Source of the DNA: Burkholderiaceae bacterium
GTDB taxonomy: Bacteria > Pseudomonadota > Gammaproteobacteria > Burkholderiales > Burkholderiaceae_C
Reading direction: 5' to 3'
DNA: 64,000 nt
Assembly: GCA_046348065.1 (NCBI GenBank)
Contig: JAXMFA010000013.1
Span: forward strand, 27,407-91,406
Every line of letters begins with the position of its first letter. Positions within the stretch are counted from its first letter, which is position 1. This document shows positions 9,027-18,577 of the stretch, piece after piece. The position numbers were made by a program, and so were the translations under genes. The notes below the pieces were generated by a model. The model was not told the origin of the DNA and did no database searches. It worked only from the letters and a program-made list of their open reading frames with translations.

Positions 9027-10499
9027 ATGCATGCCCAACACCTTCACCAGCGCGCGGACCTCGTGCGCATCGCGACCCGCGTCATGGCCGAGCGGGGATT
9101 GGAGCCGGAGTTCTCGCGCCAGGTCGATCAGCAGTTGGCCGGCATCGAGGGTCCTGGCCAAGATGTGGCACCCGGCATCCGGGATCTGACCCATCTGCTG
9201 TGGTGTTCCATCGACAACGACGATTCCCGCGACCTGGACCAGCTCACCGCCTGCGAGCCCCTGCCTTCGAGCGGGATCCGCCTGTGGGTGGCGGTTGCCG
9301 ACGTCGACGCGCTGGTGAAGCCGCTCACGCCGATCGACGACCACGCCCTGACCAACACGACGTCGGTCTACACCTCGGCGCGGATCTTCCCGATGCTGCC
9401 CGAGCGCCTGTGCACCGACCTGACCTCGCTGAACCCGGACCAGGAGCGGCTGGCGGTGGTGACGGAACTGGTGTTCCACGCGGACGCGGCGCTGGCCGGC
9501 AGCGCCGTGTACCGCGCCCGTGTGCGCAACCGGGCCCAGCTGGCCTACGACGCCGTTAGCGCCTGGATCGACGACGTGGGGCCCCTGCCCGAGGCCGCCG
9601 CCGCCGTGCCCGGCCTCGATGCCCAGCTTCGGGCCCAGGACACGTTGGCGCAAGCCTTGCGCCAGCGCCGCCACGCCCGGGGTTCGCTGGACCTGGAAAC
9701 CCTGCAGCCGCGCGCGCTGTTCGAGGGTGAACGCGTGGTGGACATCCGCCAGCAGGTGCAGAACCGCGCGCGCCAGCTGATCGAGGAGGTGATGATCGCC
9801 ACCAACGGCTGCACCGCGCGCTACCTGGCCGCCAAAGGCGTGCCGTCGCTGCGGCGCGTGGTGCGCTCGCCAGAGCGCTGGCTGCGCATCGTTGCCGTCG
9901 CCAAGGAGTACGGGGACATCCTCCCGGACGAACCCGACGGCCAGGCGCTGGAGGCTTTTCTGGCGCGGCAGCACCGCAAGGATCCGCTGCGCTTTCCGGA
10001 CCTGTCGCTGGTCATCGTCAAGCTCATGGGCCGGGGCGAGTACGTGGTCGAGATCCCCGGCGGGCCGCCGGTGGGCCATTTCGGGCTCGCCGTGCGCGAC
10101 TACACCCATTCCACCGCGCCCAACCGGCGCTATCCCGACTTGATCACCCTGCGACTGCTCAAGGCCGCGCTGAGCGGCCAGCCCCAGCCTTATTCCAACG
10201 CCGAACTGGCCGAACTGGCGCAACACTGCACGCGCCAGGAAGACGCCGCGCAGAAGGTGGAGCGGCAGCTGCGCAAGTCCGAGGCGGCGCTGCTGCTGGA
10301 GCGGCGGCTGGGCGAACGTTTCGACGCCCTGGTCACCGGCGCCGGCCCGGAAGGCACCTGGGTGCGGATCCTGACGCCACCGGCCGAGGGCAAGCTGGTC
10401 GGCGGGCACGCCGGCCTGCGGGTGGGCGACGCGCTGCGCGTGAAGCTGGTGGCCACCGATGTGGAGCGTGGCTTCATCGATTTCGAGCGCCAGGGGTGA
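9027..10499 (+). CDS. RNB domain exoribonuclease (RNase II/R family) with C-terminal S1-like domain
   Basis: SIDNDDSRDLDQL and YTHSTAPNRRYPDL RNB motifs. C-terminal VGDALRVKLVATDVERGFIDFE. Confidence 0.85.
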   Translation: MHAQHLHQRADLVRIATRVMAERGLEPEFSRQVDQQLAGIEGPGQDVAPGIRDLTHLLWCSIDNDDSRDLDQLTACEPLPSSGIRLWVAVADVDALVKPLTPIDDHALTNTTSVYTSARIFPMLPERLCTDLTSLNPDQERLAVVTELVFHADAALAGSAVYRARVRNRAQLAYDAVSAWIDDVGPLPEAAAAVPGLDAQLRAQDTLAQALRQRRHARGSLDLETLQPRALFEGERVVDIRQQVQNRARQLIEEVMIATNGCTARYLAAKGVPSLRRVVRSPERWLRIVAVAKEYGDILPDEPDGQALEAFLARQHRKDPLRFPDLSLVIVKLMGRGEYVVEIPGGPPVGHFGLAVRDYTHSTAPNRRYPDLITLRLLKAALSGQPQPYSNAELAELAQHCTRQEDAAQKVERQLRKSEAALLLERRLGERFDALVTGAGPEGTWVRILTPPAEGKLVGGHAGLRVGDALRVKLVATDVERGFIDFERQG

Positions 10500-10516
10500 T
10501 GACGAGGCCCCTGGAC

Positions 10517-10589
10517 GCCTTTTTTTTGCATGTTTTTCGATACTTCCCGGCGCCGGATGGGCACGGGCAGCTATCAAAATGGGAGTGAT
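10517..10589 (+). repeat. R65 dispersed intergenic element, copy b
   Basis: gccttttttttgcatg...cttcccggcgccggatgggcacgggcagctatcaaaatgggag. The T-run at its 5' end follows the RNB gene stop and may act as a terminator. Confidence 0.65.
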
Positions 10590-10682
10590 TCTGCGCAACA
10601 CTTGCTTGCTGCGCACGGTCATCCGAGTGTCATACCTAGGGAATACCCTAATAAATCTCCGTTTTCCCGGTATGCTACGCGC

Positions 10683-12092
10683 ATGAACACCCCAAACCTG
10701 CTCGAAACCATTGACAACTTCGTCTTCGACGAGATCTCCATCGGGCAGACCGCCCGCACCGTGCGCACGCTGACGCTGGACGACATCCAGGCCTTCGCCG
10801 CAGTTTCCGGGGACACCAACCCCGCGCACCTGGACCCCGAATACGCCAACGCGACCCTGTTCCACGGGATCATTGCCCACGGCATGTGGGGTGGCGCGCT
10901 GATTTCCGCGCTGCTGGGCACCGTGTTCCCCGGGCCCGGCACGATCTACCTGCACCAGGCGCTGCATTTCTGCCGCCCGGTGCGCGTGGGCGACACCTTG
11001 AGCGTGACGGTCACCGTCACCGCCAAGGACGACCAGAAAAAACGCGTCGAACTCGACTGCCAGGTGGTCAACCAGAAGGGCGACACGGTGCTGCACGGCT
11101 TGGCGCAGGTGCTGGCCCCGACGCGCAAGGTCAGCGTGCCCCGAACCCAGTTGCCCCAGATCACGCTGGTCGATCCGCAGGCCCGGCTACGGGCCCTGCT
11201 GGCCCTGGGCGCCGACTTGCCGGCCGTGCGTTGTGCCGTGGTACACCCCTGCGACGCCGATTCCTTGCGCGGCGCCGTCGAAGCGGCCCAACTCGGGCTG
11301 ATCGAGCCCATCCTGGTCGGCCCTGAGGCGCGCCTGCTCGAGGCGGCCGATGTGGCCGGGCTCGACCTGGCCGGCTTCGAGATCCTGTCGGTTCCGCACA
11401 GCCACGCCGCCGCCGAAGCGGGGGCCGAGCTGGCGGCCACGGGGCGGGTGGAATCGCTGATGAAGGGCAGCCTGCACACCGACGAACTCGGGCGCGCGAT
11501 CCTGGCCCAGCCGGCGCTGCGCACCCAGCACCGCATGTCGCACGTCTACCGCTTCGACGTGCCGACCTACCACAAGCCGCTGCTGCTGACCGACGCGGCG
11601 ATCAACATCCGGCCGAGTCTGGACGACAAGGTCGACATCGTGCAGAACGCCATCGGCTTCTCGCGCATCCTGGGCACCGCGCGGCCCAAGGTGGCGATTC
11701 TTTCGGCGGTGGAAACGGTCAACCCCGACATCCCTTCCACGCTGGATGCCGCCGCGCTGTGCCAGATGGCGCGCCGCGGCCAGATCACCGGCGGCGTGCT
11801 CGACGGCCCGCTGGCCTTCGACAACGCCATTTCGATGCAGGCGGCGCGTGTCAAGCACCTCGATTCCGAGGTGGCCGGCGACGCCGACATCCTCGTGGTG
11901 CCCGACCTCGAATCGGGCAACATGCTGGCCAAGCAGCTCGAATACCTCGCGGGCGCCACGGCCTCCGGCGTGGTGCTCGGCGCGCGCGTGCCCATCGCGC
12001 TGACCAGCCGCGCCGACGGCGTGACGGCGCGCACCGCGTCGGCGCTGCTGATCAAGCTGATCGCCAACCACAACCGGCTGGTGCGGCCCTGA
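10683..12092 (+). CDS. bifunctional MaoC-like enoyl-CoA hydratase / phosphate acyl(acetyl/butyryl)transferase
   Basis: ATG at 10683 inside ORF 10530..12092. N-terminal hot-dog motif (SGDTNPAHLDPEYA) and C-terminal PTA/PTB-like domain (LMKGSLHTDE, VPDLESGNMLAK). Confidence 0.85.
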   Translation: MNTPNLLETIDNFVFDEISIGQTARTVRTLTLDDIQAFAAVSGDTNPAHLDPEYANATLFHGIIAHGMWGGALISALLGTVFPGPGTIYLHQALHFCRPVRVGDTLSVTVTVTAKDDQKKRVELDCQVVNQKGDTVLHGLAQVLAPTRKVSVPRTQLPQITLVDPQARLRALLALGADLPAVRCAVVHPCDADSLRGAVEAAQLGLIEPILVGPEARLLEAADVAGLDLAGFEILSVPHSHAAAEAGAELAATGRVESLMKGSLHTDELGRAILAQPALRTQHRMSHVYRFDVPTYHKPLLLTDAAINIRPSLDDKVDIVQNAIGFSRILGTARPKVAILSAVETVNPDIPSTLDAAALCQMARRGQITGGVLDGPLAFDNAISMQAARVKHLDSEVAGDADILVVPDLESGNMLAKQLEYLAGATASGVVLGARVPIALTSRADGVTARTASALLIKLIANHNRLVRP

Positions 12093-12113
12093 GCGGCCAG
12101 CACGCGACGGGCC

Positions 12114-13481
12114 TCAGGCGCAGGCGTTGAAGCTCTCGCCGAGCGCGTCGAGCAGGCGGTCGATCTCGGCCTCGGTGCTGATGAAGGGCGGCGCGAGCTG
12201 GATGGTGTCGCCGCCGTAGCGCACGTAAAAGCCCTTTTTCAGCATGTCCATCGCGATTTGCCAGGGGCGTTTGGCCGGCTCACCGGGCAACGACGCGACG
12301 GTGAACCCGGCCGCCAGACCGTGGTTGCGGATGTCCACCACGTGCTTGGCGCCTTTCAGGCCGTGCACCGCGGCCTCGAAACGGGGGCTGAGGGCACGCA
12401 CCCGGCCCACCGCGTCTTCCTTCTCCAGCAGGTCCAGCGCGGCCAGTCCGGCGGCGCTGGCCACGGGGTGGGCCGAGTAGGTGTAGCCGTGTGCGAACTC
12501 GAGCATGTACTCCGGCCCGCCGGCGGCCATGAAGGTGTCGTAGATTTCCTGCTTTGCAACCACCGCGCCCAGGGGCTGGGCGCCGTTGGTCACCTGCTTG
12601 GCGATGTTCACGATGTCGGGCGTGACGCCGAAGGCCTCGGAGCCGGTCCAGGCGCCTGCGCGGCCGAATCCGGTGATGACCTCGTCGAAGATCAGCAGGA
12701 TGTTGTTTTGCGTGCAGATCTCGCGCAGGCGTTGCAGGTAGCCCACCGGCGGAATCACCACCCCGGCCGAACCCGAAAACGGCTCCACGATCACGGCCGC
12801 GATGTTGGAGGCGTCGTGCAGCGCGATCAGGTCGAGCAGCCGGTCGGCCAGCGCCGCACCGTGCGGTCCGTCGGCCGGCGGCTGGCCGCGGAAGAACGAG
12901 CCTGCCGGCGGCTGGGTGTGGGGCAGGTGGTCGGCCTCGACGCCCTGGCCGAAGGTCTTGCGGTTGCCCACCATGCCGCCCACCGAGATGCCGCCGAAGT
13001 TCACGCCGTGGTAGCCCTTCTCGCGGCCGATCAGGCGCGTCTTGCCCGCCTGGCCCTTGGCGCGCCAGTAGGCGCGCGCCATCTTGAGCGCTGTGTCGGC
13101 CGCTTCCGAGCCGGAGCCGGTGAAAAACACCCGGTTCAGCCCGGCCGGCATGTGCCCGACGATGCGATTGGCGAGTTCAAACGACAGCGGGTGGCCGAAC
13201 TGGAACGCGGGTGAGTAGTCGAGCTGCGCCGCCTGCCTGCCCACCGCATCCGCAATCTCGGTACGGCCATGGCCCAGGCCGGTGCACCACAGGCCGGACA
13301 GGCCATCGAAGATGCGGCGCCCGTCGGCGTCGAGGTAGTACGCGCCCTGGGCACCGGTCATCAGGCGCGGATTCGCCTTGAATTCGCGGTTGCCGGTGAA
13401 AGGCATCCAGTGCGCGGCCAGCCAGTCGGCATCGGTGCGCGGGGCGGGGGTGTTCAGGCGTTGGGCGTCGGTCATGTCCAT
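12114..13481 (-). CDS. class III (omega) aminotransferase, beta-alanine/omega-amino acid:pyruvate type
   Basis: PLP-aminotransferase class III motifs (FFTGSGSEAADTALKMA, LLIFDEVITGFGR, NIAKQVTNG). Confidence 0.9.
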   Translation of the reverse strand: MDMTDAQRLNTPAPRTDADWLAAHWMPFTGNREFKANPRLMTGAQGAYYLDADGRRIFDGLSGLWCTGLGHGRTEIADAVGRQAAQLDYSPAFQFGHPLSFELANRIVGHMPAGLNRVFFTGSGSEAADTALKMARAYWRAKGQAGKTRLIGREKGYHGVNFGGISVGGMVGNRKTFGQGVEADHLPHTQPPAGSFFRGQPPADGPHGAALADRLLDLIALHDASNIAAVIVEPFSGSAGVVIPPVGYLQRLREICTQNNILLIFDEVITGFGRAGAWTGSEAFGVTPDIVNIAKQVTNGAQPLGAVVAKQEIYDTFMAAGGPEYMLEFAHGYTYSAHPVASAAGLAALDLLEKEDAVGRVRALSPRFEAAVHGLKGAKHVVDIRNHGLAAGFTVASLPGEPAKRPWQIAMDMLKKGFYVRYGGDTIQLAPPFISTEAEIDRLLDALGESFNACA

Positions 13482-13573
13482 GGGGGCCTCGTCATCGGTG
13501 GTTGCGGCAGCAAGCCATGCCCGACCAGCGCGGCCGGGTGTGAAGGCGCATTGTTGACGGGCGCGTTACTCCC

Positions 13574-13593
13574 ATGGATACTCATTTATCCAT
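13574..13593. promoter_or_regulatory. palindrome ATGGATA-N6-TATCCAT in the divergent LysR/aminotransferase promoter region; candidate LysR-type binding site
   Basis: atggatactcatttatccat lies 16 nt upstream of the LysR start. LysR regulators typically bind T-N11-A dyads in divergent promoters. Confidence 0.4.
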
Positions 13594-13609
13594 GTTCAGT
13601 TGACAATTC

Positions 13610-14569
13610 ATGCAAGTAAAGAACCGCGCCGTGCTGGGCCAGATCAGCGACATGGACCTGCGCCTGCTGCGCGTGTTCCGCAGCGTGGTGGAGTGCGGCG
13701 GCATGGCGGCGGCGGAGCTGGAGCTCAACATCGCCACCAGCACCATCAGCCGCCACATCAAGGACCTGGAGACTCGCCTGGGCCTCACGCTGTGCCGGCG
13801 CGGGCGCGGCGGCTTTGCGCTGACGCCCGAGGGCGAGCGCATCCATGCCGAAACCCTGCGCCTGCTGGCCGCCACCGACGGTTTTCGCGCCAGCGTGGAC
13901 GATATCCACCAGCGCATGGGCGGCGAGTTGCACCTGGCCGTGTTCGACAAGACCGCCAGCAACCCCGAGGCCCACATCGCGCAGGCGGTGGCGCGGTTCC
14001 GGGCGCAGGCCCCCGAGGTCGCGCTGAACCTGCACGTGGGCTCGCTGAACCTGATCGAGCGCGGCGTGATGGACGGGCAGTTCCAGCTCGGCATCATCCC
14101 CGAGCACCGCCGCTCCGACAGCCTGGCCTACGACGAGCTGTTCGGCGAGACCATGCTGCTGTACTGCGGAGCCGGGCACCCGCTGTTCGGCGACGGTGCG
14201 GCCCCGCGGGACTGGGACAGCCTGCGCGCGCACGACTTCGCCGGCCTGGGCTACCACTCGCCCAACATGGAGATCGCACACCGCCAGCGCCTGCGCCGCG
14301 ATGCCACCGGCTTCGACCAGGAATCGGTGGCCACGCTGATCCTCAGTGGCCGGTTTCTGGGTTTTCTGCCCGACCACTACGCTGAAGCCTTCGTGCGCAC
14401 CGGACGCATGCGCGCGGTGCAGTCGGCGCTGTTCAACTACACCTGCCGCTTCTCGGCCATCACGCGCCGATCACCCGCGCCCTCACGGGCCACCGAGCTG
14501 CTGCGCGACAGCCTGGTGAAGGCCCACGGGAGTGGTCTGGGGCCAGATTTCACAAGCAAAATGGCCTGA
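13610..14569 (+). CDS. LysR family transcriptional regulator
   Basis: N-terminal wHTH (DLRLLRVFRSVVECGGMAAAELELNIATSTISRHIKDLE) plus a substrate-binding domain. Divergent from the aminotransferase gene. Confidence 0.9.
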   Translation: MQVKNRAVLGQISDMDLRLLRVFRSVVECGGMAAAELELNIATSTISRHIKDLETRLGLTLCRRGRGGFALTPEGERIHAETLRLLAATDGFRASVDDIHQRMGGELHLAVFDKTASNPEAHIAQAVARFRAQAPEVALNLHVGSLNLIERGVMDGQFQLGIIPEHRRSDSLAYDELFGETMLLYCGAGHPLFGDGAAPRDWDSLRAHDFAGLGYHSPNMEIAHRQRLRRDATGFDQESVATLILSGRFLGFLPDHYAEAFVRTGRMRAVQSALFNYTCRFSAITRRSPAPSRATELLRDSLVKAHGSGLGPDFTSKMA

Positions 14570-14609
14570 ACCCAGCACCGGATGGCCACGAGCCGCTATG
14601 AATTCAGGA
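14546..14609 (+). repeat. R65 dispersed intergenic element, copy c
   Basis: gatttcacaagcaaaatggcctgaacccagcaccggatggccacgagccgctatgaattcagga. Overlaps the last codons of the LysR gene. Confidence 0.65.
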
Positions 14610-14635
14610 TCGCTCAATCCCGTTACACTCAGCCC

Positions 14636-15016
14636 ATGAAGACCCGTCATTCCTCCACCTTGCTGGCCACCGCTGCGCTGCTCGTCATGGTTTGTCTGGG
14701 CTGGCCTGCGCCGGCGCAGGCCTCCACCGGCTTCATCTCGGCCGTCAACCGGAAGTGCGTGGCCATCACCACCAAGGCGGGCTACGTGCTGGTGCGCGGC
14801 TCGATCAACGCGCCCATCGGCAGCCAGGTCGAAGGCCCGTTCGACTCCTTCGGCCCAGCCTCGATCTACGACCTCCAGGGCAACGACCTGACCGGCGGCA
14901 CGACGCGCGGCTACGACGAAAACGGCAACCTGGTGGATGAGACCGCCCTCATCGAAGACTACGGCCTGAGCGGCGACGGGTTGCGCACCAAGTGGGCGTA
15001 CATGTGTGAGAACTGA
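14636..15016 (+). CDS. hypothetical exported protein
   Basis: ATG at 14636 within ORF 14582..15016. Signal peptide MKTRHSSTLLATAALLVMVCLGWPAPAQA. Confidence 0.6.
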   Translation: MKTRHSSTLLATAALLVMVCLGWPAPAQASTGFISAVNRKCVAITTKAGYVLVRGSINAPIGSQVEGPFDSFGPASIYDLQGNDLTGGTTRGYDENGNLVDETALIEDYGLSGDGLRTKWAYMCEN

Positions 15017-15068
15017 TGCCGGTTCACACGCCAACCTTTTCTTTTTTTCTTGTCCTGGGAGCTGAACC

Positions 15069-15416
15069 ATGAAACGTCTGTTTGCAACGTCGGTGCTGAC
15101 CGTGGTGGGCTTTGCCATCGCGCCCGCCCATGCGGTGGTGTATTGCAAGACCGTGGGGGTGCCCAAGGGCTGCGTGGCGCGTCCGGTTGCCGCACCCGGC
15201 GTCGGTTCCCCCGGTGTGGGCGTGGTGGACCCCGGCATCAACCAGCCCGGTGTGGCCGGCAACGTGGGCGCCGCCCGGGTGGGCGTGGGTGCGCCGGGTG
15301 TCGGCGTGGTCGATCCGGGCATCAACCAGCCGGGCGCCGCGGGCAATGTGGGCGTGCCGGGGGCGAGTCCGACCAACCTGAACGGTGGTGCGAACCGCGT
15401 GGGCGTTCGCCGCTGA
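15069..15416 (+). CDS. hypothetical exported Gly/Val/Pro-rich protein with internal tandem duplication
   Basis: Signal peptide MKRLFATSVLTVVGFAIAPAHA. GVGVVDPGINQPG(V/A)AGNVG occurs twice. Confidence 0.6.
   Translation: MKRLFATSVLTVVGFAIAPAHAVVYCKTVGVPKGCVARPVAAPGVGSPGVGVVDPGINQPGVAGNVGAARVGVGAPGVGVVDPGINQPGAAGNVGVPGASPTNLNGGANRVGVRR
15211..15354 (+). repeat. two diverged tandem units inside CDS 15069..15416
   Basis: Units at 15211..15270 and 15294..15354 encode the duplicated GVGVVDPGINQPGxAGNVG block. Confidence 0.7.
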
Positions 15417-15442
15417 ACCGGGCAGCAGCAGGGTATACGGCC

Positions 15443-16840
15443 TCAGGAGCCTTCGGGCGCTGGTGAAGTCTTGCGCGGGCGGCGCGCGCGTGAAGGCGTC
15501 TTGCCATCTCGGGCCGAGGCGGCGTCGGCAGTGATGTCGCCGGGCAGGGCGGGGGCCGAGGGCGTCGACACCCCGTTCGTTTGATCCGTCATGACGTCGT
15601 CGGACCCCCCGCGTTGCGCCGCGGGTTTGCGCGTGCGGCGACCGCGGCCGCGGGATTCGTCCGGTGCCGCGGCCGGGTCCACGGCCCGGGTTGTTGCCGT
15701 TTCGGCCGAATCGCCAGCGCTCGCGCCGGTCGGCTCGCCAGCGCTGCCGTCGTCGGCCCCGGCGACACGGTCGGTGGGCTGCTCATCCCCGCTGCGCCCC
15801 CGGCGACTGCGCGCGCCGCGTCCCCCGCGCCCGGCTGGCGCGGAAGGTTCGGCGGGTTCGGTGTCGATTGGTTCGGCCTCGGAAACGGGGGTGGCCACGG
15901 CGGTTGGTTCCGCCTGAAAGTAACGCGAGGCCGGCCGTTCCTGCGGCGCGTCCGGGCGCGCTGGTGCAGCGGGAATTGCCTGGGTGCCGTTGACGGGGCT
16001 GGACGGGCTGGCCGCAGTGCCGCTGTGGCGGAACACGTAGGCGCCGGATTTTTCGTCGCGCCCGAAGGCCAGCAGGCGCAGGGCTTGCGCTTCTTCCAGC
16101 AGGTTGCCGAAGGTGCGGAAGCCGTAGGCGCCTTCGCTGAAGCCGGGGTTGCGGCGCTTGATGGCTTCCTTGAGCACCGAGGCCCAGATCTTGCCGCTGT
16201 CCCCGCGTTCGGCCACCAGGGCCTCGAAGGTTTCCACGGCGATTTCCACGCCGGCCAGGCGGCGGCGCTCCTGGTCTTCGCGGCGGGCGCGGTCTTCCTC
16301 GGGAGCCCGGCGCGGCGCCGGTTGGCCGTCCGCGGGCTGGCGGCGCGCGCTGGCGCGCTGCTTCTCGCGCACCAGGTCGTCGTAGAAAATGAATTCGTCG
16401 CAGTTGGCGATCAGCAGGTCGGAGGTGGAGTTCTTCACGCCCACGCCGATCACCTGCTTGGCGTTCTCGCGCAGCTTGGACACCAGCGGCGAGAAGTCCG
16501 AATCGCCGCTGATGATCACGAAGGTGTTGACATGGCTCTTGGTGTAGCAGAGGTCCAGCGCGTCCACCACCAGGCGGATGTCGGCCGAGTTCTTGCCCGA
16601 CTGGCGCACATGGGGAATCTCGATCAGTTCGAAGTTGGCCTCGTGCATCGTGGCCTTGAAGGCCTTGTAGCGGTCCCAGTCGCAATAGGCCTTCTTGACC
16701 ACGATGCTGCCCTTGAGCAGCAGGCGCTCCAGCACCGGCTTGATGTCGAATTTTTCGTACTTGGCGTCGCGCACGCCGAGGGCGACGTTCTCGAAGTCGC
16801 AGAACAGCGCCATGCTGAGGGTGTCGGGGGATTGGGCCAT
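15443..16840 (-). CDS. NYN (LabA-like) domain protein with OST-HTH/LOTUS domain and long low-complexity C-terminal tail
   Basis: N-terminal LFCDFENV...SADIRLVVDA...FVIISGDSDFSPLV (NYN/PIN-like). Mid-region ASVLKEAIKRRNPGFSEGAYGFRTFGNLLEE (OST-HTH-like). About 180 aa of Pro/Ala/Arg/Asp-rich tail. Confidence 0.8.
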   Translation of the reverse strand: MAQSPDTLSMALFCDFENVALGVRDAKYEKFDIKPVLERLLLKGSIVVKKAYCDWDRYKAFKATMHEANFELIEIPHVRQSGKNSADIRLVVDALDLCYTKSHVNTFVIISGDSDFSPLVSKLRENAKQVIGVGVKNSTSDLLIANCDEFIFYDDLVREKQRASARRQPADGQPAPRRAPEEDRARREDQERRRLAGVEIAVETFEALVAERGDSGKIWASVLKEAIKRRNPGFSEGAYGFRTFGNLLEEAQALRLLAFGRDEKSGAYVFRHSGTAASPSSPVNGTQAIPAAPARPDAPQERPASRYFQAEPTAVATPVSEAEPIDTEPAEPSAPAGRGGRGARSRRGRSGDEQPTDRVAGADDGSAGEPTGASAGDSAETATTRAVDPAAAPDESRGRGRRTRKPAAQRGGSDDVMTDQTNGVSTPSAPALPGDITADAASARDGKTPSRARRPRKTSPAPEGS

Positions 16841-17002
16841 GGGGTTTTTCGTCGGATGGGTGGGCGATCATCCCACGGCTGGCACCTCTGCGGCGCCGGG
16901 GAGCCCGCAAAAGCGGCAAAAGCTTGATGCAGATGGGGTGCGCTGCGGCGATGGCGTGCTACCTTGCCGCTCAGACCTTGACCCGACCCGAGGAGACCGA
17001 TC

Positions 17003-18577
17003 ATGAAAACACTCAGTGGCGTCGATGGCGCCTTCCTGCACCTGGAAACGCCCGAAACCCCGATGCACGTGGCCTCGCTGAGCCTGTTCGAGCTGCCGCC
17101 GGGCTACAAGGGCAGGTTTTTCAACGACGTCAAGCGCGAGATCCGCAAGCGCCTCGGTCTGGTGCCGGTGTTCACCCGCAAGCTCGCGCCGATGCCGCTG
17201 CAGTTCGCCAATCCCGCCTGGATCACGCAGGAGCGGGTCAACCTCGGCTACCACCTGCAGCATCTGACGCTGCCGGCGCCCGGCACGCTGGCCCAGCTCG
17301 AAGACTGCGTGGGGGCGCTGCATTCCGAACTGCTCGACCGCAGCCACCCGTTGTGGCGGCTCTACATCATCGACGGCCTGGCGTCCGGGCTGGTGGGCTA
17401 TTACGTCAAGGTTCACCACGCGGTGCTCGACGGGCAGGCCGGCGTGATGCTGGCGCAGGCGTTGTTCGACGTCACGCCCGAAGGCCGGGTGCTCGCGCCC
17501 GGCGCGCCACTGCATGAAGAGCATCCGGGCCGCGCCGAGCTGGCCGCCGCCGCGCTGCGCCACGATGTGGGCCAGTACGTGAAACTGGTGCGCCACCTGC
17601 CCGATGTGGTGAAAGCGCTGGCCGGCATGTTTGGCGCGCGCGCACCGCAGGCGGCGAAGGGGCGCCTCGGCCAGAACTTCTCGTTCGGGCCCCGCACCGA
17701 GCTGAACGTGCCCATCACCGGCGAGCGCGGCTTCGCGGCGGCCTCGATCCCGATGGCCACCCTCAAGCAACTGGCCACCGCGCACGAGGCCAAGCTCAAC
17801 GACGTGGTCATGGCGCTGTGCAGCGGCGCGCTGCGGCGCTACCTGGCCGCACACGGCGGCATCCCGAAGAGACCGCTGATCGCCTCGATGCCGATCTCGT
17901 TGCGTGCCCCCGGCAACACCGAATACACCACACAGGCCACGTTGAGCCTGGTCAACCTGAACACCCACATCGCCGACCCGGTGAAACGCCTGCTGGCCAT
18001 CCGCGACGCGGCCGGCGCGGTGAAAGCCATGGCGCGGCAGGTCAGCGGGGTGATTCCCACCGACTTCCCGTCGATCGGCGTGCCATGGGTACTGCACGGC
18101 CTGGCCGAGTGGTACGGCCATTCGTCGCTGGCCAAGGCCATGCCGCCGGTGGCCAACGTGGTGATCTCCAACGTGCCGGGTCCGCAGGTGCCGCTGTACG
18201 CCAGCGGCGCGCGCATGGTGACCTACTGGCCGCTGTCGATCCCCGAGCACGGCGTGGGCCTGAACATCACCGTGATGAGCTATGCAGGCGCGATGGGCTT
18301 CGGCTTCACCACCGCGCGCTGCGCGGTGCCCGACGCGCGCGAACTCAGCGCCGCTCTGATGGACGCACTGGATGAACTGGTGCAGCGCACCAAGCCGGCG
18401 GAGAGACCACGCAAGCGCCCGGCGGCCGCAGCTGCCACCCAGGCGCCGAAAAAGTCCGTGTCGCCGGGCAGAAAGGCCGCCGCGTCGGCGCCCAAACCAG
18501 CGGTCAAGGCGGTTGCGCGCAAGACCGCCGCTGCGAAAGCACCGGGCGGCGACGCCAGGCGGCGTCAGAAACCGTAG
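17003..18577 (+). CDS. WS/DGAT family acyltransferase, paralogue 2, with basic Ala/Lys/Pro-rich tail
   Basis: HHAVLDGQAG (HHxxxDG), NDVVMALC and SNVPGP. The tail (KPAERPRKRPAAAAATQAPKKS...KAVARKTAAAKAPGG) overlaps the 3' end of the convergent MipA gene by 13 nt. Confidence 0.9.
   Translation: MKTLSGVDGAFLHLETPETPMHVASLSLFELPPGYKGRFFNDVKREIRKRLGLVPVFTRKLAPMPLQFANPAWITQERVNLGYHLQHLTLPAPGTLAQLEDCVGALHSELLDRSHPLWRLYIIDGLASGLVGYYVKVHHAVLDGQAGVMLAQALFDVTPEGRVLAPGAPLHEEHPGRAELAAAALRHDVGQYVKLVRHLPDVVKALAGMFGARAPQAAKGRLGQNFSFGPRTELNVPITGERGFAAASIPMATLKQLATAHEAKLNDVVMALCSGALRRYLAAHGGIPKRPLIASMPISLRAPGNTEYTTQATLSLVNLNTHIADPVKRLLAIRDAAGAVKAMARQVSGVIPTDFPSIGVPWVLHGLAEWYGHSSLAKAMPPVANVVISNVPGPQVPLYASGARMVTYWPLSIPEHGVGLNITVMSYAGAMGFGFTTARCAVPDARELSAALMDALDELVQRTKPAERPRKRPAAAAATQAPKKSVSPGRKAAASAPKPAVKAVARKTAAAKAPGGDARRRQKP

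Noticed and set aside
8967-11096. 709-aa ORF antisense to the RNB nuclease and MaoC-PTA genes
   Set aside because: It spans two well-supported plus-strand genes and an intergenic repeat, and its composition is Arg/Gly/Ala-rich shadow type.
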